Positions 25,453-39,341 of a stretch of DNA of 64,000 nucleotides are shown in pieces. The number at the start of each line of letters is the position of its first letter. Within the stretch, counting starts at the first letter, position 1. The position numbers were made by a program, and so were the translations under genes. Source of the stretch: Eledone cirrhosa (taxonomy: Eukaryota); NCBI GenBank assembly GCA_964016885.1, contig OZ024740.1, positions 395,560,001 to 395,624,000 of the forward strand, in the 5' to 3' direction. A model generated the notes under the pieces. That model worked only from the letters and a program-made list of their open reading frames with translations. It made no database searches and had not been told where the DNA came from.

Positions 25453-28052
25453 TGTCAGCGACCTCACAGTCAGAACTAGACGAACCTGGAAACAGAGGCC
25501 AACCTGGAGAAGAAAGATCTGGAAGCTGAAAGACCCCTCAGCCAGTAACAGATTTAAAGATATTTTACTCAACACCTACGACAGTAAAGAAGAACAGATA
25601 GAGACATTCAATGTAGAAGAGCACTGGGAGTTCCTAAAAAATAACTTACTAGAGGTCTGTGGCTGGAGTAAGACCACAAGTAGGAAGAGAGTGACTTGGT
25701 GGTGGAACAATAAGGTAGATGAGGCAGTTAAGGCCAAGAGACAGGCATGGAAAGAATGGAAGAATGGGGGGAGCAGGGTACATTACATAGAGACCAAGAA
25801 GGAAGCTAGGCGACAAATATACTTAGCTAGGAGGGAAGCAGAGGATAGAAAATGCAAGCATGTTTTGCAACGTGAGGACCAAAAACAGGAGGTGTTCAAG
25901 ATTGTGAGGCAGTGTGTCAGAGATAGTTGTGATGTCATTGGAGAGAAGTGTATCCGGAATGATAAAGGTGAGCTTGCCCTCACAAGTGCTGAGAAGAAAG
26001 ATGCATGGAAGAGTCATTATGATAGATTACTAAATGAGGAGAATGCATGGGAAGAAGAGACCCTACCCCAAGTAGACCCTATAGAGGGGCCAGCAGTACA
26101 AGTCAGCAGCAGCGTAGTAAGTAAGGCAATCAAAGATATGAAGATGGGGAAGGCAACCGGTCCATCGGGTATAGCTGCCGATATGCTGAAGGCATCTGGG
26201 TCTGTAGGTCACACTATAACCACACGTATTGTTAACCAGGTAATACTAGAAGGTGTCATACCAAAAGATTGGTGCAGTAGCATCATTGTCAACTGCTACA
26301 AAGATAAAGGTGATGCACTAGATAGAGGAAACTATAGAGGTATAAAGCTGATGGACCAGGTCATGAAAGTAATAGAAAGAGTTATAGCACAGTTGATTAG
26401 GGACCGGGTGAAACTAGATGAGATGCTATTTGGGTTTTACCAGGAAGAGGCACCACTGATGCCCTCTTCCTTGTGAGGCAGTTACAGGAAAAGTACCTAG
26501 CTAAAAGTAAGCCGTTCTACCTGGCATTCGTCGATCTCGAGAAAGACTTTGACAGAGTTCCCTGTGCTATAATCTGGTGGGCTCTTAGAAAACTAGGAGT
26601 AGATGAATGGCTTGTGAAAGCTGTACAAGCCATGTATAAGGGAGCAGTCAGAAAAATTAGGATTAGCAATGACTATAGCGAGGAATTTAGCATACAGGTC
26701 GGTGTCCACCAGGGCTCTGTTCTTAACCCTCTCCTGTTCATCATAGTCCTGCAAGCAATAACGGAGGAGTTTAAGACCGGATGCCCATGGGAACTCCTGT
26801 ATGCAGATGACCTCGCACTTATAGCTGAATTTATGGTAGAACTAGAGAAGAAATTCCAAACTTGGAAGCAGGGACTAGAGAGAAAGGGTCAACCTGACAA
26901 AGCCTAAGGTCCTTGTAAGTAGACGAGAAAACAGAACCCAGATCCCCTCAGGGAAATGGCCTTGCTCAGTATGTAGGAAAGGTGTAGGTAGGAACTCCAT
27001 TCTCTGCCCCAAATGCAAACAATGGGTACACAAGAGATGTAGCGGGATCTCAGGAAGCTTAATTAAGAATGTAGGCTTCACATGCAGCAGCTGTACTGGG
27101 ACAGCAAGCAGCAAACAGCCACAGGAAACAAGTACCACCAATCTCTGGGAGGGCTCTGTAGAGACAGTAGACAGCTTCTGCTACCTAGGTGACCAAATTA
27201 GCAGCAGAGGTGGGTGTTCAGAAAGTACAATAACTAGGGTAAGAACGGGATGGAAGAAGTTCAGGGAACTACTACCACTGCTAGCTGCAAAAGGCTTCTC
27301 CCTCAAAATGAAAGGCAGACTGTATGATGCGTGTATCCGAACAGCAATGTTACATGGTAGTGAGACCTGGGCGCTGAAGGTGGAAGACTTACGTAGATTA
27401 GAGAGAAACGAAGCCTGCATGCTCCGATGGATGTGTAATAGTAATATACACAAACGACAAAGCATAAATGAATTGAGAGAGAGACTGAGCATAAGAGGAA
27501 TCAAATGCTGTGTGCAGGAGAGGCGGATGCATTGGTATGGACATGTGATGCATATGAAGGATGACAGCTGCATAAAAAGGTGCAGAGCACTAGAAGTCGA
27601 TGGAAACCGCGGAGTGGGGAGACCCAAGATGACCTGGGATGAGGTGATAAAAGCCGACCTTACCCAATTACGCCTCTCAAAGGCGATGACACACGACTGT
27701 GACCACTGGCGTCACACAGTAATACAGATTACCCGACCTCCCATGGGTACAAGCTGAAGCATATAGACAATATGCCCCCACACCCTCCCACTGCAAAGTG
27801 GTCATGGAGGTGCCACGGCAAAAAAGCACCCAGCACTCACTGTAAAGTGGACGTGTAGGCGCCACAAAAAAGCACCCAGCACTCACTGTAAATGAGGTTG
27901 GTGTTAGGAAGGGCATCCACCTGTAGAAATCAAGTCAGTTTCTGTATGAGCAAGGCATGGTCAGCCGACCAGACACTGCCCACAACAGGACAACCCGTCT
28001 AACCCATGCCAGCGTGGAAGAACGGACGTAAAACGGTGATGATGATGATGAT
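25452..28052 (+). mobile_element. 5'-truncated RTE LINE, subfamily B, frameshifted
   Basis: ORF pieces 25691-26476, 26473-26907 (YADD) and 27308-27757; 3' UTR and (GAT)n tail; starts in (TA)n. Confidence 0.96.
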
Positions 28053-28669
28053 ACCTCAGTATGATTATTTGTACTTAGATTTTTAATGATTACTGCATTA
28101 ATTATGTTATAAAGATTAACTTAATTACTAATCTATTGACCTGGGACACAAATGAAAATACCTCTTAAATGGATATTTTCTTAAAATTAAAAAATGTTTT
28201 ATACTTAAACATCTATAGATTTTTTCTAAATTTTGTTCTATTTTTATATAATGGGCTTACCCCTTGTGGATGAAAGGTTAATAGTTTGAGGATAGCTTAA
28301 GTGAGATTTTTAATAAGCAGACTTACTATCCATACATTATTGAATTTCTTGAAACATTATAAAGAAACCTGGTATGAGATTGCATGAAAGCCATTCAGAT
28401 TTAGTAAGATTTTCATTAACACAAAATAACAGGAAACCTTTAACAACAATAACAATAAATATACTCACAACAGCAAAAACAATAAATATCAACAAATAAA
28501 TAACTAAATAAACAAATTTTTTTCCTTTTCTACTATGAATATATAGTGTTGCATCAGATAACTGAGTATATAACACGAAATTCAATACAAAAGAAGTTTC
28601 CTTCTGTTGCCTTCTTCTAATTTTAGAAACCAGAACATGAAATAACAAAACAAATAAAGAAAAAAGATG

Positions 28670-28722
<53 letters not shown>

Positions 28723-30039
28723 TACACACATACACATACGCAAAACGAAAACAAAACATTATTCTCATTAATAAAGAGGAGAGATAGCAGGGTGGGGAAT
28801 ATCTTTTCAAAAGGTACTGCCTGATAGAATTGATAAAAAAAAAGTAATTTCAACAAGAGAAGCAAGTGTAGAAAGAAACGAGTTGGGTGGGGATACATTT
28901 TATTCTGAACCACTCATCATCATCATCATCATCATCGTCATCATCTAAGAATAATATTTCCTGGCAACTATTTATAAGGTGGCTGACAGTTAAACAATGG
29001 TGAAAGGTCTGAGTTATTGGTGTTAGTGTCCACAGAATACTATAGATAGAGGTTGATGGTTGTTTTTATATACTTACTGATGAAAGTCACAATTGGTAGA
29101 GACATTATATTCCTGATCTAGTTATCTCCAGTCCACACCACTAAGAGATGATGTTTCATAAATCATCACTAGTGCCATATTGTCTCTTGTTAAAGACACA
29201 ATTCTGTGTTGTGTTTAGAACCTATCTTCTTATTCTTAATTTATTATACCATGCTTTATTGCACATTAAGTCATCCTTAGATGTTTCCAGTAGTTTTTAA
29301 ATTTTTCTATGAGATGAGGTTGCTATCTCTTCACTCAGCTCTTCTCCATTTCTGGATAAACGGACTTTTTTCACAGCACAATTTAGCTGATTCCAAGAGA
29401 AAAAGACAGACAAAGACAGAGATAAGAGGAGACAGAGAAAGGGAGATGAATTAATCCCAGTACTTGATTGGTACTTTCATTATTGATCCCTTTAATGTTG
29501 AAAGCAAAGTTTACTTCAGCAAGAACCTATAGATAAACTATATTTATTGCTGTTGTTGTTGTTTAAGCCCTGATAAGGTAGACCTATAATCCAAAGTATT
29601 GCAGTCATGACCATCCTGCTCTTTTACTTTGTGCAGGGAACCCAAAACCTCTTCTAAGACAGCATGTGATTTGAGGTGGATTCGGCAGCTATTTCTAACA
29701 GGTTAAATCACTATGTAGAAGCCCCTTATCATTCAATGATAGTAATTTTTAATTTAGACAGAATGTCAGAAACTTACGAGGAATATAGTCAATTAAATTG
29801 ACCACAGTAAATGACTGGTACTTTATTTCATGGTGTACAGAAAGGAGAAAGGCAAAAACAACTGTTGGTAGTTTTGACTACAAAGTTCAATATTTAGTAT
29901 AATATTCCATGACATACAGCATATCTTTGGCATTTAAACCTGGCAGAAGCCACCCCGCTCCATGTCAGAATACAGGTGGTTTCTTTCAGAAAAGTAGACA
30001 GAAAGAGAGGCAGAGGTAAGAAAGAGATATGAAGGAAGA

Positions 30040-30198
30040 ATCAACCCCAGTATTGAACTGGTACTTTATTTATTGACTGTAAAAGGATAAAAGGTAAAGT
30101 TGACCTCGACCGGATTTGAACTCGGAGCACAGAGAGCCAGAACATAAATACCTCAAAGCATTCTGATATTCTAATGACTCTACCTGTTTGCTGCCTTA
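30040..30198 (-). mobile_element. Older SINE copy
   Basis: ggtactttattt..aaagttgacctcg..atttgaactc core. Confidence 0.7.
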
Positions 30199-30277
30199 GT
30201 ATATGTATTAAATTATTTATGGGCTGTTAAGCTCACCCTTCTCACGTTCTGTAAAACATTACCTTTTGTATGAATTG

Positions 30278-30325
30278 TTTATTTCATGCAGGTGTACAAC
30301 AACTTGTACACCTGCATGAAATAAA
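30278..30325. repeat. Perfect 22-bp hairpin
   Basis: tttatttcatgcaggtgtacaa-caac-ttgtacacctgcatgaaataaa. Confidence 0.95.
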
Positions 30326-30689
30326 GGTTTGAGAGTTGAATCACAACCTAAAAACTTGTGTATAACAAGCATGGCAAATATGACATCAGATAAGGAACAA
30401 AGACCAAACCTTTTGAAAGATAAAAAAGATGAAAGGATTTATAAAATAACTAATTAATAATAATATCATGTGTAAGATAATTTAGGAATGTAACGATTTT
30501 ATAGTTAAAACACCATAAAAAGACAGATATAGTTCACATCCTACAACAACCAGTATGTTGTACCCTTATGTAAAGCACTGCTTTTTCTGGTATATTCAGC
30601 TGATTTCATTTCTACTTCATAGTTTGAGAGCTAGCAACATGTATAGCATTTGTCATAATGAATGTATTTACTACCATCATCATAACCAG

Positions 30690-31190
30690 CAGTTTTGTGC
30701 TTTGAGTTCAAATCCTGCCAATGTGAACTTTGCTTTTCATCTTGTTAGGATCTATAAATAATTGTTTCTACTTTAGGCACAAGGCCAACAAATTACCCAG
30801 TGCATTACTGGTACTTTTATTTTATCGACCCCGTAAGGATGAAAGGCAAAGTCAACCTCGGCGGGATTTGAACTCAGATCGTAAAGTGGCGTAACTATGC
30901 TGGAAAGCATGGCATCCGACCCTCTACCGATACTGCCAATCCAAATAATGGTTTCTGATTTAGGCACAAGGCCATCATTTTTTGTGGGGGGGAGTCGATT
31001 AAATCGACCCCAGTGAGTGACTGGTACTTTATTTTATCCACCCAATAAGAGCAAAAGGCAAAGCTAATCTGTGGGATTTGAACTCGGAAACGTAAAGGGC
31101 CTTAACTCTATGCTGCGAAGTATGTTGTCCGACGCTCTACCGATACTGCCAATCCACTGCCCTTATCAATAAATAATGTACCAGTCTAAT
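30690..31190 (-). mobile_element. Two tandem minus-strand SINEs (about 30760-30943 and 30945-31162) nested in an older plus-strand SINE
   Basis: Two family cores; ataaataat duplicated at the outer borders; the older copy resumes with gtaccag after the insertion. Confidence 0.85.
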
Positions 31191-31554
31191 GTAGTGGATT
31201 GGCAGAATTATTACAGCATTAGATGAGATGCTTTGAAGTAAATGTTCTGATTCTTTACATTCAGATTTCAAATCCTACCAAGATGCCAATGGCCACAACT
31301 AATCAAGGCATGGAAGCACCGAATCCAACTTGGATAGTTAGGTCTACACTCAGCCTAAATAAGCCAGCAATGACATGCTGAGACTTTATCTAGTAGTGGA
31401 TTGGTGACAGCTAGGTGGAATTCAAGAGAATACTTTGTTACTCATTCCAACAAGTTGACTGTGATATCACAAATTTGTTTTATTTTGATTTTCAAGTCCT
31501 GGCTCATTCATTATACAAACTAATTGTTTTAATTGTTTCAATGATTTCTAATTG

Positions 31555-32125
31555 CAGATTTCTTCCACTGTAATTTCTTGGCCCTTCTTCACCCAGCAAT
31601 CATCCATCATCCATTCACCTCACTTCCACACCATTGCAGGCTTCTACCTTGCACACTACTTCTGTTTCTTCTTATACCCAGCTTTTCTCTTGGTTCATCC
31701 ATGCTTCACCATTAATACACATTAACATTGCACATTCATTGAAGCATGCTTGCTTCATTTCTCTCCAACCGTCGCATATCTCATACAGGCATCATACACC
31801 TAGCCTTTTTTCTTTCTTTTTTCATAAAGAGAAACCTTTTGTTATCAAAAGAGGTTGTAGCTTCCTGAACTTTTTCCATCCTATTCTCTATGCTCTTGGA
31901 GCAACTTCTTCAACTGCTAATTAGGTTATCTAGATAGCAGAAGCTATAATCCACTTCTATGGATCTTTCCTGGCATTCGAAAAGGTGTATTTCACTGATG
32001 CTCTTACTATCTCTGTAAACCTGTTACATATAATGTCTACCTTTTTCTGTTAGTCTACCTGCTATCCCACTACAGCTCTTGTGTACCCAGCATTTACATT
32101 GTGTACATTGTACAGAGTTTGCACT
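31555..32125 (-). mobile_element. Old degraded RTE fragment
   Basis: Minus strand retains WKKFR..KGFSL, ERNEASM and C.QCK.WVHK motifs. Confidence 0.75.
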
Positions 32126-33859
32126 TATTTCAGTCTTTGAAATTAAACTTGTATTCATTCAATGTCAAAATACCCTTAATATTTTATTGATAAAGTAGAA
32201 CTTAGAAGATAGATTTTGTTGTCATTGTTGTTCATAGTGTTGTCATTTCAGTAAAAAAAATGTTGTATTGCTTTATTATTGGTGCATTCAGATTATCAAA
32301 AAATGATTTTGATTTGATTTTTTAAATCTGAATTTTGATCTTAGTTACAATATTTTGCTTTTCCCTGATATTCTTCTGTATTTAAACTGAACAATCTGTG
32401 CTTTCATTCCATCAATTTGCTGAAATGTAAAAATAAATGAAAAAATATCAAATGTATTAATTTTATAATTTGCTTTCTGCTTAAGTTCACTGTTGAAAAT
32501 TCCTAAAAGAATCATTTCCCTTTGAAATCAAGCTAGAGACAGACATAATTGGCTCATTGTATATATAACATCTGGTTAGATTATAGCAAGATGTTTCTCA
32601 CTAAATGCTTCCATATCTCCTCCTCTTGTCAGCTTTAGTATGTCTCACACCCATCAGACCCAATACTTAATTCTTTGCTTAATTCTTTACCTCGAATCTA
32701 CTACTATCTGGAATTCTCTCTCTGTTTATCTTTCACCTGTGGCCTTGTACCTAAAACTTTCAAACTGAAAATCTTCTACATTGTTCTCATTAGCCTGTTA
32801 TGCTAAGGAATGCCTTATATACTATATTTAGTTAAAGGATAAAGAGATAAAATCTTTTCAATATGCTGTATATAAAGATGTCTGGTATTTAGCATCTGTT
32901 GGTTTGATAAAAAAAACTCTATGATAATACCTATATACAATGCATCATATATGAAATGAGAATAAGGAAATATATTCAGCATAAACTTAGATATTGTACA
33001 TACATATAATTTTGGTTGTTTGGAACCAATTTCTCAGTTTTGATTCATGTTTTATATCAACTGTTGATCAACAAATGATGACAGCTTGCTGTTCTAGACA
33101 CTAAACATTTTAAATCGGTAATGTAGGATTTTTTCATGATGACAGCTAGACATTTTTCTTTCCTCTCCAATTTTAGTTATCTGAGATCAATTTCTCTGTT
33201 TTGAATTGAGTTTTATGTCAACTATTGATCATCAGGTGAAAGTAGCATGCTGTTCTAATGCAACTCCAGCCCCCTACACACACATCCGTGTGTTCTTCGA
33301 TTTGATTAAGTGGGGAGTCTTGTTCCTATGGAGTTTCATCTGTGTACTCACAAGAACATCAGACATGATATATATATATATAATGGCGGTGCCCCAGCAT
33401 GGCCTCTGTCTGTTGGCTGGAACATATAATAGAATAAAATATATTGATAATCTTAATTAAATATTCAATTGCTTACAATCAGACATAATCATGATATGAC
33501 TGCATGTTATGTTGTTATTGTTGCTGCTATTATTGTTATTTTTGTTGTTATTAGATGACCACCAATTAAGTTGGATAAAACAAACCTATGCCATAGGTAA
33601 GCAGCTGACCAAATGCCTGCTGTGAATCCTCACAATGCATTCACAAATAGTTTTCTTGTTTATCATATAATGCAAAGTCAACTATTTTTATCAATTGCAA
33701 AATGGTAAATTGCCATTCTAATCTTTTCCAACACTATAAATGAACTATTAAGAGACTAAAGAAGTTGCCTGCTGGCAAAGCTCTTTAGCTATCTGTTTGC
33801 CAAAAACAAAAGCAATTCATTGCTGAAAAAAAAACAGCAATAAATTATACATGCCTGTG

Positions 33860-34005
33860 TAGTTACAAAGTTTGTTTTGCAACCACATGGCTTTGAGTTT
33901 GATCCTACTGTGCATCACCTTGGTAAAATGTCTTCTACCATAATCTCGGGATGACCAATGCCTTATGAATGAAATTTAATAGATGAAATCTGTGCAAAAG
34001 CTTAT
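33860..34005 (+). mobile_element. Diverged SINE of a third family
   Basis: caaccacatgg..gagtttgatcc..caccttgg..aatgtcttctac..; related pieces at about 38575-38710(-) and 57240-57330(+). Confidence 0.6.
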
Positions 34006-34887
34006 CCCTCTATATATGTGAGTGTATATCTTTCGGCAATATATATAGGCAAAAATGCGCACATGAGTGAGAAAATCAGGTGTTCAAACAAAAATATCTT
34101 GCAGCTACTCCCTTAGCTATTACCAATGTTTTTTGTTTTTTTGTTTTTGTTTTTTTGTTTTTTACAAAAAATGCATGATATAGGATAGATAAATAAATGA
34201 TTAAATGATAAATTTCCAATTAGCTTTTGATGTAGTTGGAACAACATTGGCAAAATACTCCCATTTATCTGTTGTTGATGTTTAGCCGAGCTCATCACTG
34301 TTATTGAGTAGTCCTATGATCATAGGTGTTCCTGCGATGGCCTTTCCATCTTCTTTTAAGACAATTTATGCAATTTGAGGCATATTTGACTGATATCTCT
34401 AGCATGTCAGGCAAGTCCCTTGTCATCTCCTACCCATTTCTTTTTATACAGAATACAATTTGTAGAGTGATGATTACTTGTAGATTAGCTTCATCTAGAT
34501 TCCCAGTTCTTAACATAGGGTAAATTTGGGAGTTCCATCGAAAACCTCAAGGATTCTCACAGGGAAATTGTTTTTAGGAGGAAAAATTCTTTATTCACAA
34601 TGTTTTTGCCAGATTTGTTTTCTTTAAAGTTGATTTTAAGTCAATATAATGTTATATTATAACTTGAGCTGTATATGCTAGAATGAAAAATGGACGTTAA
34701 ACAATGATGATGATGATAAGACTAATTCTTTCTATGGAGGGAAATCAAAATGTTGACCTGGTAATGGGAGGAAATACAAAAAGAAAGTATGGGAAAACAG
34801 CTCTAGATAGACAATATGAAATCTTCAAGTGGTATCACTGTTTCAATGGCTTATTTGAACTTGCATACACACATTATTAATTATATA

Positions 34888-35080
34888 GGCGGTGAATTGG
34901 CAGTATCGGTAGAGAGTCGGACACCATGCTTTTCAGCATAGTTACGTCTCTTTATGGTCTGAGTTCAAATCCCGCCGAGGTTAACTTTGCCTTTTATCCT
35001 TACGGGGGTCGATAAAATAAAGTACCAGTAATGTACTGGGTAATTGCTGGCCTTGTGCCAAAAGTAGAAACAATTATTAA
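34888..35080 (+). mobile_element. Full-length tRNA-derived SINE with TSD
   Basis: A box tggcagtatcgg, B box gagttcaaatcc; 16-bp TSD attattaattatatag at 34873-34888 and 35073-35088. Confidence 0.93.
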
Positions 35081-36138
35081 TTATATAGTCATGAGTTCAA
35101 ACAATTCCAATTGCAACATTCAATGTGTTGTGCTCCTGGGCCAACTTTACAATTCTTGCTAGCTAGCCTAATTGGAAATGTTTACATCTGAGTTGATGTT
35201 ATTGCTTAATCTTAGTTCACTCTTGGTAAAGTACACCTATGACCAAAAGAATTCCACAAACATATATCAAGAACTACATTATCCAATGTGTCCCCTAATT
35301 GAAGATGGTAGGCTACACTTTGAGAAAGATATGATTATTATGTCTAGCAGTTAAGTGAATATTTAGAAACATCCCAGCAATAGGAAAGGCATTTGACCTC
35401 GAAATGTATCTACTCTAATAAATATACAGATGCATAAATTTTAAAAAGTACTCCACAAACTTTTGTGCCATAGAAAAATATATATATTGTTATACTTTGG
35501 GAAGATCATTCTGGTAATAAAAACACATGACACCATTAAAGTATAACAAAAACGAAGTATATATATATAGTGTTGATTAAAAATCTATAACTATATTTTG
35601 TAGTGCAGTATAGCATTAAAACAGAATACTGTTAATACCTCAATAATTTATAAATTGAACTAGCTGTCAAAGAATACATTATATAAGAAAATTGGTGTGA
35701 CTAGTTTACTTGAGCCTTCAGTAATAGTAGATTTATAATCAATATTTTTATGAATAGCTAAAACGAGTACTCAGTTGTTGATGAAATCTCAACACAGGAT
35801 TGAAACAATTCTGGCTGTATTCTCTTTTTTTTATCATGAAAATATTACATACACAGACAAGAGATTTACATCTGTCTGTGCATAAAGTTTTGGCTAGAAA
35901 TCTACAAATATATTGTTGTACAGAGTAGCAACATTATGTATGCCTTTATGGTAATAATTTTATGAAGGTAGAAATGTTTGTTTTGAAGATTGAATGACTC
36001 ACAACAAAACTATAAGCTAATATCAATCATAAGCCTGATATCCACTGTATTGGAGTAGTATCTTTTAATTCATATTAATTTGGATATTTAAATCATAATA
36101 ACAATTTTATTTCAAACAATAATTTATCAATGATACAT

Positions 36139-37170
36139 TTAACTCTTTTGAAAGTAAACCACCTGAAACTGCTCCTGGTTTTGTGATACAAAGCCATTTG
36201 CATCATAAGTGTTCATATTTAAATTTAAACCTTTCATCATAATTTATGTAGGAACTAGGGATGCAACGATAAGCAAATTTGCCAATTACTGATTGATCAG
36301 TTTTGCCTTATTAGCCATAACCAATTAATTGACTGGTGATTATCTATAATGTAATTATGTATTGTGATATGAAAATGTGTATAATTGTAAGTAATATATT
36401 ATATTTCATAATTAGTCACAGTTATGAAGCTACTATTTAGGAGTACATGACAAAATTAGGTTAATTTTGGCATCTTAGGAGATAACATACACAAGCTTTC
36501 AAGAAATCGGCTGTATTCCCAAAATAGAGAAATTTTAACCTTTTTACATTATAATTTATGGGTACTTAAATTTGTTTATTAAATTATATTTTTTGTTTGA
36601 GTTAGTTACAATAACAGAAATCATTATTCCCAGCAAATTCTGAATACCTTTAAATAAACATGCAATCGGGGTCTTTATATTTTAAAATTGATTTGTTTTT
36701 AAAGATAAATTAAACAGAAATGTTCTTAGGTGGGTAGGAGGATCCCTTTTCTACTTTGACATCCTTCAATCCTTCAACTTACAGGGAATTATGCTCTCTA
36801 GGCAGTCCAAACTAAGTTCAAGTTATATAGTTTAGCATATTCAAACAGTAGAACTAGGAAATATGTTTCTTATGTGTTTTCCAAATTTCTCTGTCATTCA
36901 TGGTTTTCTTACATGCCTATCAATAATAATAAAAATAACAATAATAGCTGATTAATTGGCAAAATAAGCCAATATTGATTAATCAGCAAAATGGACAATA
37001 TTGATTATCGGCCAACTAATCAGTGCAACTATAGTAGGAACCTTTCTTAAGTTTTGTTCTAAATATCAGCTTGATAATGAGAAAGTTAATTATATTACAA
37101 AATCCCTCCACATTATTTGAAAATCATAAGCATTTTTTTTTCATATGACATATAGTAGCAAAATGGTTAT
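36139..37170 (+). mobile_element. Old piggyBac-type MITE interrupted by a hAT element
   Basis: The flanks 36139-36255 and 37042-37170 align by eye with the uninterrupted copy at about 41668-41931. Confidence 0.55.
36256..37033. mobile_element. Non-autonomous hAT-type DNA transposon
   Basis: Imperfect TIRs TAGGGATGCAACGAT / ATCAGTGCAACTATA and an exact 8-bp TSD gtaggaac. Confidence 0.8.
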
Positions 37171-38719
37171 CTGATAAATATGTCTTATACATATGGATAT
37201 AGAATCAAAACTCAGAATCGAAATCAAAATGGTACACACCATCCTTAAATCATGATTCTTTGTTAAAATTATAATTTAAAATGGTCTGCATCATGTTTTC
37301 TTTAAACCCTCATAACAAGCTATTTCATTACAAACTAAAAGTACAAAATAAATCTTTGGGCTTAAAAGATTTTAAAGTATCTTATCCCTCACTACTTTCT
37401 CAGCTGTGTGAACCTGCTTATTTTCCTGTAATTAATTCTATTCACTATTTTTGCTTTATCCAGAAATTTATCTCTATCCAGAAATTTCTAGTCTTTACTA
37501 TGTCCTAAATATTGGGTAAGCAGCCAAAATATTTAGGCACAGTATTTTATTCAAAGATTAGAATTATTTTATGGTAAAATTCTATCTCATTTCACACTTA
37601 CCTTAACAATCTGTTGATTCTAAAAGAAATTCAAAGGTGCTTTCAGTATAATTCTATAATTATTCAGAATCCTAATGATATAAGTGGATTATGAAAATCA
37701 CTTTGATGCTTTTATCAGATTATATTCGCTTAATTTAAAAAGAAATAATCATAGCTTTTGGCACATAAACTAAAAGATTAATGCTTCTGTGTCTTTGATT
37801 GCCTTGAATACTTTATACCACATAGCAATATCTTCCCCTACTACCATTGGTAAGTCTTGCAAAAACTGAGTGAATAGGTTTCTTATTACAATGGTATAGA
37901 TTTCCTATTGCAGTGGTCAGATGTGATAATGTATCTTAAGTAGTGCTTCTTATGCTAAACTCCTTGGTTTATTTCGCTGGTATTTAAGAGTTAAGTGACT
38001 TGATAATAAGTACAAATATAAGACTAGAAGATCAAAATAACTGAGTGAAAATTCTTCCAGATTCTTTATATACATATACATATATATATATGTGTGTGTG
38101 TGTGCATATATATATATATATCAACACGTGTGTGTGTGTGTGTATATATATATATATGTATATATATAGACACGTGTGTGTGTGAGTGTTTATATATATA
38201 TATTTCTGCCATCGATATAACATCATATTGGCAGGCTGTTCTCGAATCAAATATGTATTGTGCTTTCACAGAATTAAAATTCTAAAGTAAGTTTCCCAGT
38301 CCAGCCTTCTGTTGTTGTTTTAATGAATACTTAACTCTATTCCTGCACCATGGGATACCACATCCACGGAGGACTCTTGGTATAAGGTGATGAATTGGCC
38401 TAGAGGTACTTGTTCTGGCGCTTTATATACTGAATTCAAATCTTGTTATGGTCAACATTGCCTTTCCTATGACCAATCATTTTACAGAGTCTACTGGGTG
38501 TTGATCATATCACCAATATTAGAGAGATTATCCTGCTCTAGACATGACTGAACAATTCTCATACAACAATAGGATTCCACATATTTCCATCCACCAAATT
38601 TTACTCACAAGGCATTAGTCAATCCAAGGTTATAGGAGATACAGTAGAACTGACCCTGAAACCACATAGATTGGAAGCAAACACCCTAACCACACAGCTA
38701 TGCCTGCACCTATAATTAA

Positions 38720-38908
38720 TAATTGTTTCTACTATTGGCACAAGGCCAGCAATTACCCAGTACATTACTGGTACTTTATTTTATCGACCCCGTAAGAATG
38801 AAAGGCAAAGTTAACCTCAACGGGATTTGAACTCAGAATGGCAAGGGCCGTAACTCTATGCGTCAAAGCATGGCGTCCGACCCTCTACTGATACTGCCAA
38901 TCCACTGC
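38720..38908 (-). mobile_element. Full-length SINE with TSD
   Basis: Family match; cacctataattaataat duplicated on both sides. Confidence 0.92.
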
Positions 38909-39256
38909 ACCTATAATTAATAATGTTTTGTATTTTATTATTATTTTTAGCATTTCTTTAGAAAATATCTTCAAATAATCAATCTTATATTAATTAATAA
39001 TCCACCATCTGATATGTTTCAAGAGACCAAAACCTTAATTTGTAATCACAATAGAGTTCACCAACACTCTGAGACTAACCTCCATCATTAATGAACTGTA
39101 ATGCCACCACACCACAATACTCATCATCTCTTACTCTAACGTCACAAAGTAAATAGAATCACAATAAAATGAATGAAACATATTGATAGTATTGTTAGGC
39201 TTTGTATTTGCTGTTATAAGTTTGACATACATATATATATACATATATGCATGTAT

Positions 39257-39341
<85 letters not shown>

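Noticed and set aside
28337-28913. Minus-strand ORFs of 157 and 96 aa as host exons
   Set aside because: Low-complexity T-rich and (TG)n sequence with no recognisable domain.
33028-33257. Diverged 70-bp direct repeat with 160-bp spacing
   Set aside because: An old two-copy duplication with no further structure or sign of function.
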